DNA of 34,018 nt from the NCBI RefSeq assembly GCF_001194135.2, contig NC_068985.1:87646606-87680623 (forward strand), in the 5' to 3' direction. The stretch's first letter is position 1. Each line of letters starts with the position of its first letter. Below, one piece after another: positions 24,141 to 34,018 of this stretch. The notes under the pieces are model-generated. The model searched no databases. It had not been told where the DNA came from and worked only from the letters and a program-made list of their open reading frames with translations. The stretch comes from Octopus bimaculoides. Lineage: Eukaryota. A program made the translations under genes and the position numbers.

Positions 24141-25236
24141 TAGTATACTGTAATTAACAGAATAAGTAACATTGTAATAAATACAAACACCAACACTAAT
24201 AAACACTGCAATAGAAAAGCAGAGACATGTGATGCCTTTCCTAATATGCCGACCACTTAAGAGAGTGGACTGGATGTGAAGTATTTCCAAGACTAAAATA
24301 AGTGTCAGTCGACTAATTGGGGTGAAATTAGGGAATGAGATGGCATAATGCTTGGTCATGAGATACTAACTACGATAGCGGGAGAGACCCTGCTGTTGTT
24401 CTGTAGAGGACAAGCATGGTTGCTTCGCATTGTATAATGGTGAGTGGGAAAAGGTACATAAATGAGAGCAATGGAAGTGAAAATGTGTCAGAGATTACTT
24501 TGGATACAGGAAGGTGAATACCAAAGAGGATATAGCCAAAGAATGTTTAAGGCATAGATAAGTCTATTAAAGAATGTTAGGAGAATGGCAAATGAGTAGA
24601 GACGGGTAAAGAGGTGAATGTAGTAAATAGAACAAGTATGGATGCATCATCGATGCTAAACATTAAGAGAGAATGTGAAAGAATAAAGTGACGAAGGAAG
24701 AAGTGACACAGGAACGGGGAAGAGCAATATTTTAGATAATAAAGAGACCGAAAGATATTGAAATGATATGAAGGTGGGTGAACGAAATGAGTGTGAAGGA
24801 CGGACCGTGGCAGAAATAGAAATCAGACGTAAGTAGGCCTGGCTCTTGTAAGTGGGGCATAAATGTGCGTGGGTGAATGTTTATACATATTCAAAATTAT
24901 CCTTGACTACTTCTATATCGAACAGCGATTATTTAATTGAATTAGGGACCAGCAAAGTATTATCCATGCAAATGAGACCAAGTGATTTACAGACGTCTGT
25001 TTAATTAGTTGCTCGAAAATATATCTAGGTTCAATTCTAGATGAAGTTACTTTGTATGTTTTATATGTAAAATAATTAATAATTGTTATTGTTTACATTT
25101 GGTGAATCTGTCAAAGCATTACTAAAAATTCTTAGGTCTCTTTATTATATATGTACACACACACGGGCACAAACACATGTATGTTTAAACACAAATATAT
25201 ATGTTCATGTGTATAGCTGTGAGTTCTTCTTCTTCT

Positions 25237-25385
<149 letters not shown>

Positions 25386-25827
25386 ATATATTTATGTTTA
25401 TAGCTAAATAGTCATGTTATTGCTATCCCATTATTATGTGTATGCGTAGATGTATATTCCCACATGTGCATTAGATTTGATTTCGGTACATTTATACTGA
25501 TTCTGGTCACATGCTTAAAGTTTAAGTATTTTATTTTACTTTGGTTTATTGTTCTTCCATTTCTTTCTATTTTTGATTATTCTTATTGCTGTTATTATTA
25601 TCAATATTGTTATTATTGTTGTTGTTGTTGTTATTGCTATTTGTCAATTTTTAAATAAAATTTTGATGTATCATTCAAAGAATGTAATTTGATTTTTCAA
25701 TATTGACTCATCTTGTACACATTTCTAATTAGTTCTTACTTTGTATTCCGTTTGTAGAAATAAATTTGCACTCCAAGAATACCAACATAGATAGACAAAT
25801 AGAAAAATTAATAGATAGCTAAGTAAA

Positions 25828-25843
25828 TACACACACGCGCGCG

Positions 25844-25894
<51 letters not shown>

Positions 25895-26150
25895 GTATAT
25901 ATACATATACGTACATATATACATAAATAGATAGCTAGATAGACAGACAGACATACAGACAGATAGATAAATAGATTGATTGATAAGAAAATAGATATGT
26001 AGTTGATGTCCTTTGCTTGCTTAAGGAAATTAATTTCTGCTTTAAATTTCACTCTTTGTATTTCCAATTTCTTCACCAAATTCATTTGCTTATAGATCTA
26101 TCATCATCATCATCGTCGTCGTCATCATCGTCATCATCATTACCATCATT
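25828..26150. repeat. (CA)/(TA)/(GATA)/(CAT) microsatellite cluster
   Basis: Directly visible. Confidence 0.85.
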
Positions 26151-27214
26151 ACCGGCCATGACGAAGGGAAATAGCCCTGAAACTCGAGTCGCCTTTATAT
26201 ATATATATTTATATTTATATATTTATATATTTGATCCTTTATATTGAACACTCAATATTTCATCTACATTCAATACTTTCTTTCATGGTGCCATCCATTT
26301 TTATGTTATTTTCTTTTATATTGTATATTGTATATCATATTATATATTGTATATTCCATATTCTATACCCCACATTAGTTCTGCAGGAATATAAATAAAA
26401 CATAAAAAACAGACAGTGTTGGAACTCNNNNNNNNNNNNNNNNNNNNNNNNNNNNNNNNNNNNNNNNNNNNNNNNNNNNNNNNNNNNNNNNNNNNNNNNN
26501 NNNNNNNNNNNNNNNNNNNNNNNNNNNNNNNNNNNNNNNNNNNNNNNNNNNNNNNNNNNNNNNNNNNNNNNNNNNNNNNNNNNNNNNNNNNNNNNNNNNN
26601 NNNNNNNNNNNNNNNNNNNNNNNNNNNNNNNNNNNNNNNNNNNNNNNNNNNNNNNNNNNNNNNNNNNNNNNNNNNNNNNNNNNNNATATATATGCAAATT
26701 TGCTTTTTATTTGTTGGGGTTGGGTGAATAAATTTGTACCAGGCAGGAATGATAGATTGGTAGAAGTGTTAGAACATGAAACTTTTAGTATATGTTGTTG
26801 GTCTTTGCAGTCTGCGTTCGAATCCGACTATGGTTTATTTGGTCTGTGGACTTAATCAGTAGCTCGGCTTCAAACGACTGCCCGATACATTTGTTGTCTT
26901 TTGTAGAAACCACTCTATAACAAGCATTTGGGTTAGCTGTTTGGTCTGAGGATATCTCCCTCCTTCCTTTTCACACCAGTCTTCCCTGCTGACAACATTA
27001 TTACAAAAAAGAGGTATTTCGAATACGACGAAGTGAGTTCTCCATTGCCAAGTTGTTGGTACGTGGGATCCTATCATGTTAGGTTAAGAAACCTAACTCA
27101 GGAGGTTGCATTGGTGCGTTATGTTGGTGTAATATTTCGCATAGGGTTTACAGCAGACTTGAAATTTGATTTCCATATGTGACCGTATGATTTCTTTCCA
27201 TTTTCGTCAATATC

Positions 27215-27430
27215 TATTCATAGGCTTTCACACAGCGTCTGTCTACAGAATTCTACGCAAAACAGAGATAAACGCAACTCAACATAATCAGTATATTTAC
27301 ATGAAACATGACGTGTGTCATACCCAAGTTGATTCCGTAACAAAGTCTCCAGAAATTTGGAAGCGTAGAGTGAGTCTGAACTGGGAACAAAATACTTGTG
27401 GAATGACATTCTTAACCACACAGTTCTGCC
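27215..27430 (-). mobile_element. SINE family A remnant, very diverged
   Basis: GGCTTT...GTCTAC...AATTC and CTGAAC...TTCTTAACCACACAG resemble the reverse complement of the head and core. Confidence 0.4.
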
Positions 27431-28676
27431 TATAGAGAATTCCAGTTCAAAGGAAAATGATTGTCGATATAAAGACTAAAATGCATCGTAAACCCACACA
27501 ACTGTCAGTGATTACATGTTTTGTTTTGATTCTGATGTAAAATATTTCGCAATCCAACCAAAGTTTTATATGATAACAAAGTGTTTGTAGATCCATATAG
27601 AAACAGTTTGCAACAGAATCCTTTAATCCTCTCTACAGCTTCACAAATAAATCTATCGAAGACAGTTGAAGATTCCATTAGTTAAATATGCCATTATGTC
27701 TAGAATCTGATTAATATCTAGAACTGCAGTTTCTTCAAGTTACTCTTTACATCAAGTGTACGTTGTGGTACTTGACAGTTACTTGAGAGTAACTTTGTTT
27801 TAAAAAGATAGAGAGGGAGAGAGAGGGGAGATAAATGGAGAGAGAGAAAGAGAGGGATACGGAGGGAGAAAGAAAGAGAGCAAGGGAGTAAGAGAACCAT
27901 CATGACAGAAAATATTGGAGTTTAATGTATGGACTGTGAGTAATTTCTTTTCTATGATTTTTAATTTTTGGTACTTTCACAAATTTTGTCATGGTTACTG
28001 AAATATAATTCTATAATTCAGCTTTCATATTGTTTTGGTTTTTCAAATATTTTCTGTCTTCATCTTAAGTTTCATAAATTCTGGTCACAAAACATTTTTA
28101 GGTCTTATTGCCAACGCAAACGCTCCCACTTGTTGCATTACACTTGGCTTTCACATTTGCAAAATCTATAAAGCATTGGAGAAATTGTTTTGCAGAGTTT
28201 GTTCTAACTCTTTACATTCTGAGTTCAAATCCTGCTGAAATCAACAAATTCGAGAGCCAGTCACGTACAGTAATCAATGGCATTAACTTCCGCCATTCTC
28301 TCAAAACTGTTAGACTTATACCGAAAACATAAACAATCATTAGTCAGGTAGTTTACTAATTAACTAATTAATCGATTCTTTAGCTATTCGTTTGATCACT
28401 CAATCGATCAGTTGGTTTGTCAAGAACTCTTACAGAACCACTTCCACTGTCAACAATGGTGTACTTTTATTGGTTTCAAATTGCCCGGTGTCGGGATTGT
28501 TAGCGTTCTTCTCCTGGCTGCCGGGTGTTCGTCATTGGGGACGTCTTGGTCGTCATAGTAGTGGTAGTAGCAGCAGCAGCATTTGAAGCAGAAGCAGTTG
28601 CCCTTTGTCATTACTCAGTGACTTTTAGAAGCAGCAGTATTATCAGCTTCTGCAATATTTTGTTAGTACCCCTTAT

Positions 28677-28692
28677 TGTAGTAGTAGTAGTT

Positions 28693-28764
<72 letters not shown>

Positions 28765-28765
28765 T
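28677..28765. repeat. (GTA)n microsatellite
   Basis: Directly visible. Confidence 0.95.
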
Positions 28766-28999
28766 GAAGAAAAGTAGATGCTGCATTGGTAGTAGCATCC
28801 ACAGCAGTTTTAGTAGTTGTGACGCTTTCTCTCTCACATTTTTTTAGAAGCATTCGGTAATGGATTACGAATGTTGTTTCTTTGTCGATGCGTTGTTGCT
28901 GTTTTCTTGTGTATTCATTAAATTTGTTGAAGGAGAAGATTGAAAAACATAATTGTTTCTTACACGCACGTGTGTCTATATGCTCACTGAGTCCTCTTC

Positions 29000-29900
29000 C
29001 TATTCTCGTATTTTAATTTGTGATATATGGAGAGTCATTCGTTGTTTTAAGACATTCAATGTGTATAAATGTACCGTCACACGCATCCACTCCGCTAAAT
29101 TTTACATAGGAGACGCAACTGATTTTAAGCACCTTTATCTCGCTCACCTGAACTAATTCGCGAATTGAGCTTGTAAAAGATATATTTCCCTCGCTATACC
29201 TAGCCTTCACCTTATTACTAATGGCATACTCTGTAGCTTGTTCTGTTCCATGGTCTGTGGTGGAACTCTGTACAGTTCACCGCTATTGGGGCGGAGATGT
29301 CTATCTGCAAGTGTTGGCTCCGTGAGTTAGAAGTGGCTGTTCCAGCGCTTCTCCCTCTCTATCCGCCGGGGTAACGCTTTTTCCATTCGGTCTGCTGGTG
29401 CCAAGAAACATCTTTCTAAGAAGATGACCTTGTAAGTTCTGTTGGCGTGAATTGCTTTATTACATCAGAACGATGTCTCTATAATTAATCAATTCTCTGA
29501 TGTAATTACTGCGCAGGCACACTTTCTACAAAATGCCTTTTCATTACGTTCAATTCTAATTCGCCAAACGTGAGAAATAGCTTCCCTATATATTTTATAT
29601 TCAACATTTAGTCTTTAACAACTGTTCTACCATGTAGTCACTCACTATCACATATAGGACTTTCTCACCCTTCTCCATGTTTCCCTCTGTTACGAGGGCG
29701 CTGTACATCACTCATCCACTGTAATGGTTTAAATGTCCTGTGCAATTACCTTATTGCTTGAGTCCTCTTTACATTTTCTGCCTTAGTCTCTAATTGTTTT
29801 ATTTCTCTACATCGGGAATCTACTATTGTCTACCTTTCGCGTTGTTTACTTCCTCATTTCTATGACCTATTCTATCACTGTTTTCTTGACAATATCATAT
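29000..29900 (-). mobile_element. Possible very degraded LINE (RTE-like) remnant
   Basis: Scattered minus-strand peptides (CREIKQLE...LHRTFK; SEIKVLKI) are only weakly similar to the RTE pre-RT region; many stops. Confidence 0.3.
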
Positions 29901-30031
29901 GATATCTTGTAAGTACTAACGCAGCTTTAATTACCCAATTCTTCAGTTCTATAGTTTAGGGATGAGGAATTATTTACGTTATTTACATTATTTACATTTG
30001 ACGGATATTTGTCCTCATCTTGTTTGTTGTT

Positions 30032-30077
30032 AACACAACGTTTCGGCTGATATACCCTCCAGCCTTCGTCAGGTGTC
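30032..30077 (-). ncRNA. Minimal type-I hammerhead ribozyme-like motif (left arm, core intact)
   Basis: Minus strand reads GACAC-CUGACGA-A-GGCUG(10-nt loop)CAGCC-GAAAC-GU-U-GUGUU. Stem I is GACAC/GUGUU, the core is CUGANGA plus GAAA, stem II is 5 bp, and palindromic ACGU could form stem III in trans. There is one extra A before stem II. Confidence 0.6.
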
Positions 30078-30173
30078 TTGGGGAAATTTCGAACCTGGGT
30101 TCTCATTCCTATCGATGTTACTATTATTATTATTATTATATTATTATTATAATTATTATTACTATTATTAATC

Positions 30174-30240
30174 AGGTCGCTGCCGTGAATCGAACTCGGA
30201 ACCTTGGGGTTAGTAGCCCGCGCTCTTAACCACTACGCCC
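30174..30240 (-). promoter_or_regulatory. tRNA-derived Pol III internal promoter (A and B boxes), head of the left arm
   Basis: Minus strand reads GGGCGTAGTGGTTAAGAGCGCGGGCTACTAACCCCAAGGTTCCGAGTTCGATTCACGG. It has an A-box-like GGCGTAGTGG, a B-box-like GAGTTCGATTC (30187-30197) and a T-arm-like CCGAG/CACGG. The mirror A box TGGCGTAGTGG is at 30250-30260 (+). Confidence 0.7.
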
Positions 30241-30562
30241 ACGGGCATATGGCGTAGTGGTTAAGAGGGCGGGCTANNNNNNNNNNNNNNNNNNNNNNNN
30301 NNNNNNNNNNNNNNNNNNNNNNNNNNNNNNNNNNNNNNNNNNNNNNNNNNNNNNNNNNNNNNNNNNNNNNNNNNNNNNNNNNNNNNNNNNNNNNNNNNNN
30401 NNNNNNNNNNNNNNNNNNNNNNNNNNNNNNNNNNNNNNNNNTAATAATAATATAATAATTATAATAATAATATAATAATTATAATAATAATATAATAATA
30501 ATAATAATAATAATAATAGTAACATCGATAGGAATGAGAACCCAGGTTCGAAATTTCCCCAA

Positions 30563-30608
30563 GACACCTGACGACGGCTGGAGGGTATATCAGCCAAAAC
30601 GTTGTGTT
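30563..30608 (+). ncRNA. Hammerhead-like motif (right arm), core mutated, probably inactive
   Basis: GACAC-CTGACGA-C-GGCTG...CAGCC-AAAAC-GTT-GTGTT; the G of GAAA is replaced by A at 30596. Confidence 0.45.
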
Positions 30609-31024
30609 AACAACAAACAAGATGAGGACGAATATCCGTCAAATGTAAATAATGTAAATAATACCCAATTCTTATTCTTCATCATGTCTTTTTTTCTTTT
30701 TTTCTTTCTTTACCCCCACTCTACTCCTAACACCACACCCGCCATTGCACCACTATATTCATAAACCATCTGCCCATCTGTATTAGCCAGAATCTTCTGA
30801 TGAAGATAACATGATTTCGAATCGCGGACCTATAAAAGTTTGAGTTATTCTATACACCTATGATATTACGAGGGTCAACTGTATAATAAACATAGTTAAG
30901 GCACAATTCAGGCTTTAGCTGAAACAGCTGTAATGATTACTCTGTTACATCATGTTTTGGTTTATTTGAATTCCACGTAAATATACTGATTACGCTGAGT
31001 TGCGTTTATCTATCTTCCCCCTTA

Positions 31025-31064
<40 letters not shown>

Positions 31065-31073
31065 GTATATATT

Positions 31074-31107
<34 letters not shown>

Positions 31108-32089
31108 TANNNNNNNNNNNNNNNNNNNNNNNNNNNNNNNNNNNNNNNNNNNNNNNNNNNNNNNNNNNNNNNNNNNNNNNNNNNNNNNTGATGAGAAAGG
31201 AAATTAAATCCATATGACATAGGTGGAAAGCTATAAATATTTCCCCAAAATTATCCTGGATATAATTGCCAAGTCCAAACAAAATTACAGGAAAAATGAA
31301 AGAAAACACAGCAGTTATAAATTAAATTAAAATCAACAAAAAAAAAAGGAAAAAGGAAATCATTAACATCGAATTTCTTAACTTGAAACATTTACAAAAT
31401 TTTTATTTCGTGGAAACCAGAGGAGAGAAGGAGAAGAATGGAAAGAGAGAGAGAGAGAGAAGGAAGGAGAAAGAGAGAAGGAAAGGGAGAGAGAGAGGGA
31501 CATGGAGTGAGATGGAAAGGATGAGAAAGCAGAGGGAGAGATAGCTATTTCTATTATTTTATATACTGAGAGAATTTTAAATAAATATTTCTTATTGATT
31601 TGTTAGAAATATTTATTCTACATTCGTTCTAATCTTATTGGAATCAATAATTTGTAGTAAATGATATTTTATTTGATCTTGGTCCAAAATAAATAACATT
31701 ATGGATAGATAACTTCAGCAAAAAATACAAAAAAAAAGACGCAAAAATATATATTGTTTCTCTCGTTTTTTTTTTAATATTTTCATTTTCATTCCTCAAT
31801 TATATTTATTTATTAAATTTTACTTAATATTTTTCCCCCTGTTTTTCATTGTTTCTGGATCATTTTTTAAAAATTGCTCTTATTCTTTTTGTTCTGAATT
31901 TGCATTTTATTTATTTGTAATTTTTTTTTAAATATTGAATACTTATAAATTAGATTATACGTTTGTAGGAGAAATATAAAAATACATTAAATGTTAGATT
32001 AATCATCGGAAAATAAAAACAAAACATTAAATAGAAATATTGGTGTCATATCATCTTGGCATTCATTCCAGTAGTTTCTTAACGAAATC

Positions 32090-32630
32090 CTATCTCTCTC
32101 CACTCTCTCTCTCTTCCCACCTCTCCCTCTCTCTTCCCCATCTCTGTATTTCCCTCTCCCTCCCTCATTCTCTCTGCCTTTCTGTTTTCACTCTCTTACT
32201 TTTGATGGTAATGATGCTTATGATGGTGATATAGGTAACGATAATGTTGGTATTGATGGTAGTGGTGGTGATGGTGATGGTGAGGGTAGTGGTGAGTATG
32301 CTAATCGTGGTGGTCATGGTAGTAGCAGTGAAGCTAATGGCTGTGCTTGTGCTACATTGGGGCTGATAGCGATACTGATGGTAGTGGCGGTAGTTATGGT
32401 GGTAGCGTTGGTGCTAGTAGAGGTGGTGGTCAGGGTAGTTGTGCTGCTGGTAGTGGTGTTGAAAGTAGTATTACAAGTGGTAATAGGCGTGGTGGCAGTG
32501 GTAGTTGTAGCATAGGTGGTAGTGTTCGTGGTGGGGATGCTTCTAATGCAGTTAGTAGTGGTGATGGTGGTGGTGATAATGGGGACGGTGGGGAATTGGT
32601 GGTGGTGGTAGGAAACGAGATGGTATGGGG
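32090..32630. repeat. (CT)-rich tract followed by degenerate (GGT/GAT/AGT)n field
   Basis: Directly visible. Confidence 0.85.
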
Positions 32631-33272
32631 TTGGGGAATGTTCTGTTCCTTCAAGTGATAGAAGGTGTTGCAGTTAAAGAAGAATCAATATTCTAAGAGA
32701 ATCTTGACTTCATAAAACTTAATTTACATAACAATGGGGAGGGTATATATATCAGAAGCTAAATTTGAACATACATATGCATACATACAACGCATAACGC
32801 ACACACTTATATATATATGTGTATGTGTGTGTGTGTGAGTGTACGTTCGTGCGAGTGTGTGTGCGTGTACATATATACATATACATAGTTATATATATAT
32901 ATATATAAATATATATNNNNNNNNNNNNNNNNNNNNNNNNNNNNNNNNNNNNNNNNNNNNNNNNNNNNNNNNNNNNNNNNNNNNNNNNNNNNNNNNNNNN
33001 NNNNNNNNNNNNNNNNNNNNNNNNNNNNNNNNNNNNNNNNNNNNNNNNNNNNNNNNNNNNNNNNNNNNNNNNNNNNNNNNNNNNNNNNNNNNNNNNNNNN
33101 NNNNNNNNNNNNNNNNNNNNNNNNNNNNNNNNNNNNNNNNNNNNNNNNNNNNNNNNNNNNNNNNNNNNNNNNNNNNNNNNNNNNNNNNNNNNNNNNNNNN
33201 NNNNNNNNNNNNNNNNNNNNNNNNNNNNNNNNNNNNNNNNNNNNNNNNNNNNNNNNNNNNNNNNNATATATA

Positions 33273-33678
33273 GGCTGTGTGGTAAGTAGTTTGCTTACCA
33301 ACCACATGGTTCCGGGTTCAGTCCCACTCCGTGGAACCTTCGGTAAGTGTTTTATACTATAACCTTGGCCCGACCAAAGCCTTGTGAGTGGATTTCGTAG
33401 ACGAAAACTGAAAGAAGCCCGTCGTATATGTGTATATATATAAATGCATGAATGTGTGTATGTGTATGTTTGTGTCTCCGTGTTTGTCCCCTCAACATCG
33501 CTTGACAACCGATGGTGCTGTTTTTACGTCCCCGTAACTTAGCGGTTCGGCAGAAATGACCGATAGAATAAGTACTAGGCAGCCAAAGAATAAGTCTTAG
33601 AGTCGATTTTCTCGAATAAAGGCGGTCCTCCAGCATGGCCGCAATGATATGACTGAAACAAGTAAAAAAGTAAAAGAG
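33273..33678 (+). mobile_element. tRNA-derived SINE family A, near full length, with internal (TA)/(TG) microsatellite
   Basis: Has an A-box-like GGCTGTGTGG, a B-box-like GGTTCAGTCCC (33315-33325), the core CGACCAAAGCCTTGTGAGTGGATTT...AACTGAAAGAAGCCCGTCG, an internal microsatellite, and the 3' end CCAGCATGGCCGCA...GACTGAAACAAGTAAAA. Homologous to 9335-9597 and 19796-20038. Confidence 0.9.
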
Positions 33679-34018
33679 TATATATATATATAAACAAATA
33701 GTAAATGAGTATATGCATATATACGTACAGGTATGTGCGTACCGACATCCACCTGTATGTATAGGTGCATATCTGGGTACAGGACATTGCAAACAAAACA
33801 TAGATGAGAAAACACACAAGCCACATACAGAACATTCTACTTCATCAGCTACCCCCGTTTTATCACCGGAGTTTCGAAGAGCTGGGCAGGACGCATCGTT
33901 AAAACGGCTCTTCTCATGGACCGCAAATTGAATTTGTATACACAAATTAAATCTTGCCATGGAGGAATGTAGTGGCGGACAAGAAACAAGACAGGAAAAC
34001 AAACAGAAAAGGCTTTAC

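Larger units (their letters stand above)
29944..30661. mobile_element. Palindromic non-autonomous element: two head-to-head arms, each tRNA-like head + (AAT)n + hammerhead-containing body, flanked by 12-bp direct repeats
   Basis: 29979-30125 is the reverse complement of 30515-30661 with 3 mismatches in 147 nt. 30214-30239 and 30251-30276 are inverted copies (25/26). TACCCAATTCTT occurs at 29932-29943 and 30662-30673. The N gap at 30277-30441 hides part of the right arm. Confidence 0.85.

Noticed and set aside
24400-24850. Further RTE C-terminal remnant
   Set aside because: Purine-rich with only faint peptide resemblance; not supportable by eye.
30174-30276. tRNA-Ser(ACT) gene
   Set aside because: No acceptor stem, only a 3-bp anticodon stem, and it is embedded in a repeat arm. 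It is a tRNA-derived promoter head, not a functional tRNA.
29944-30661. Ordinary MITE/DNA transposon interpretation
   Set aside because: The arms end at different points and contain Pol III boxes, simple-repeat tracts and a hammerhead motif, which fits a retro-origin better. Not fully excluded, since some DNA transposons make TSDs of similar length.
32347-32658. Gly/Ser-rich protein ORF
   Set aside because: Derived from a degenerate (GGT)n field; no splice or homology support.
32807-34002. Long minus-strand ORFs of 216 and 233 aa
   Set aside because: Antisense reading of SINE A, microsatellites and N gaps.

Overview
This is AT-rich, repeat-dense eukaryotic DNA with eight N gaps, very many microsatellites and no recognisable host-gene exon. 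The repeat families match those I recall from octopus genomes, so the source is probably intergenic or intronic Octopus sequence (from recall, not a search). Recognisable content is degraded mobile DNA: several tRNA-derived SINE families, RTE-clade LINE remnants, two Penelope-like (PLE) fragments (a GIY-YIG endonuclease part at about 15.9-16.6 kb on the minus strand and an RT part at about 22.8-24.1 kb on the plus strand), hAT, Tc1/mariner and Tigger-like remnants, and a three-unit foldback repeat at 9.75-10.4 kb. The best candidate for an undescribed system is at 29944-30661. It is a palindromic element between 12-bp direct repeats. Each arm reads outward as a tRNA-like Pol III head, an (AAT)n tract, and a body with a minimal type-I hammerhead-like motif of the kind known from PLEs. 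A second, unrelated hammerhead-like motif with the same architecture lies at 6870-6907. All protein and family assignments come from manual translation and motif recall.
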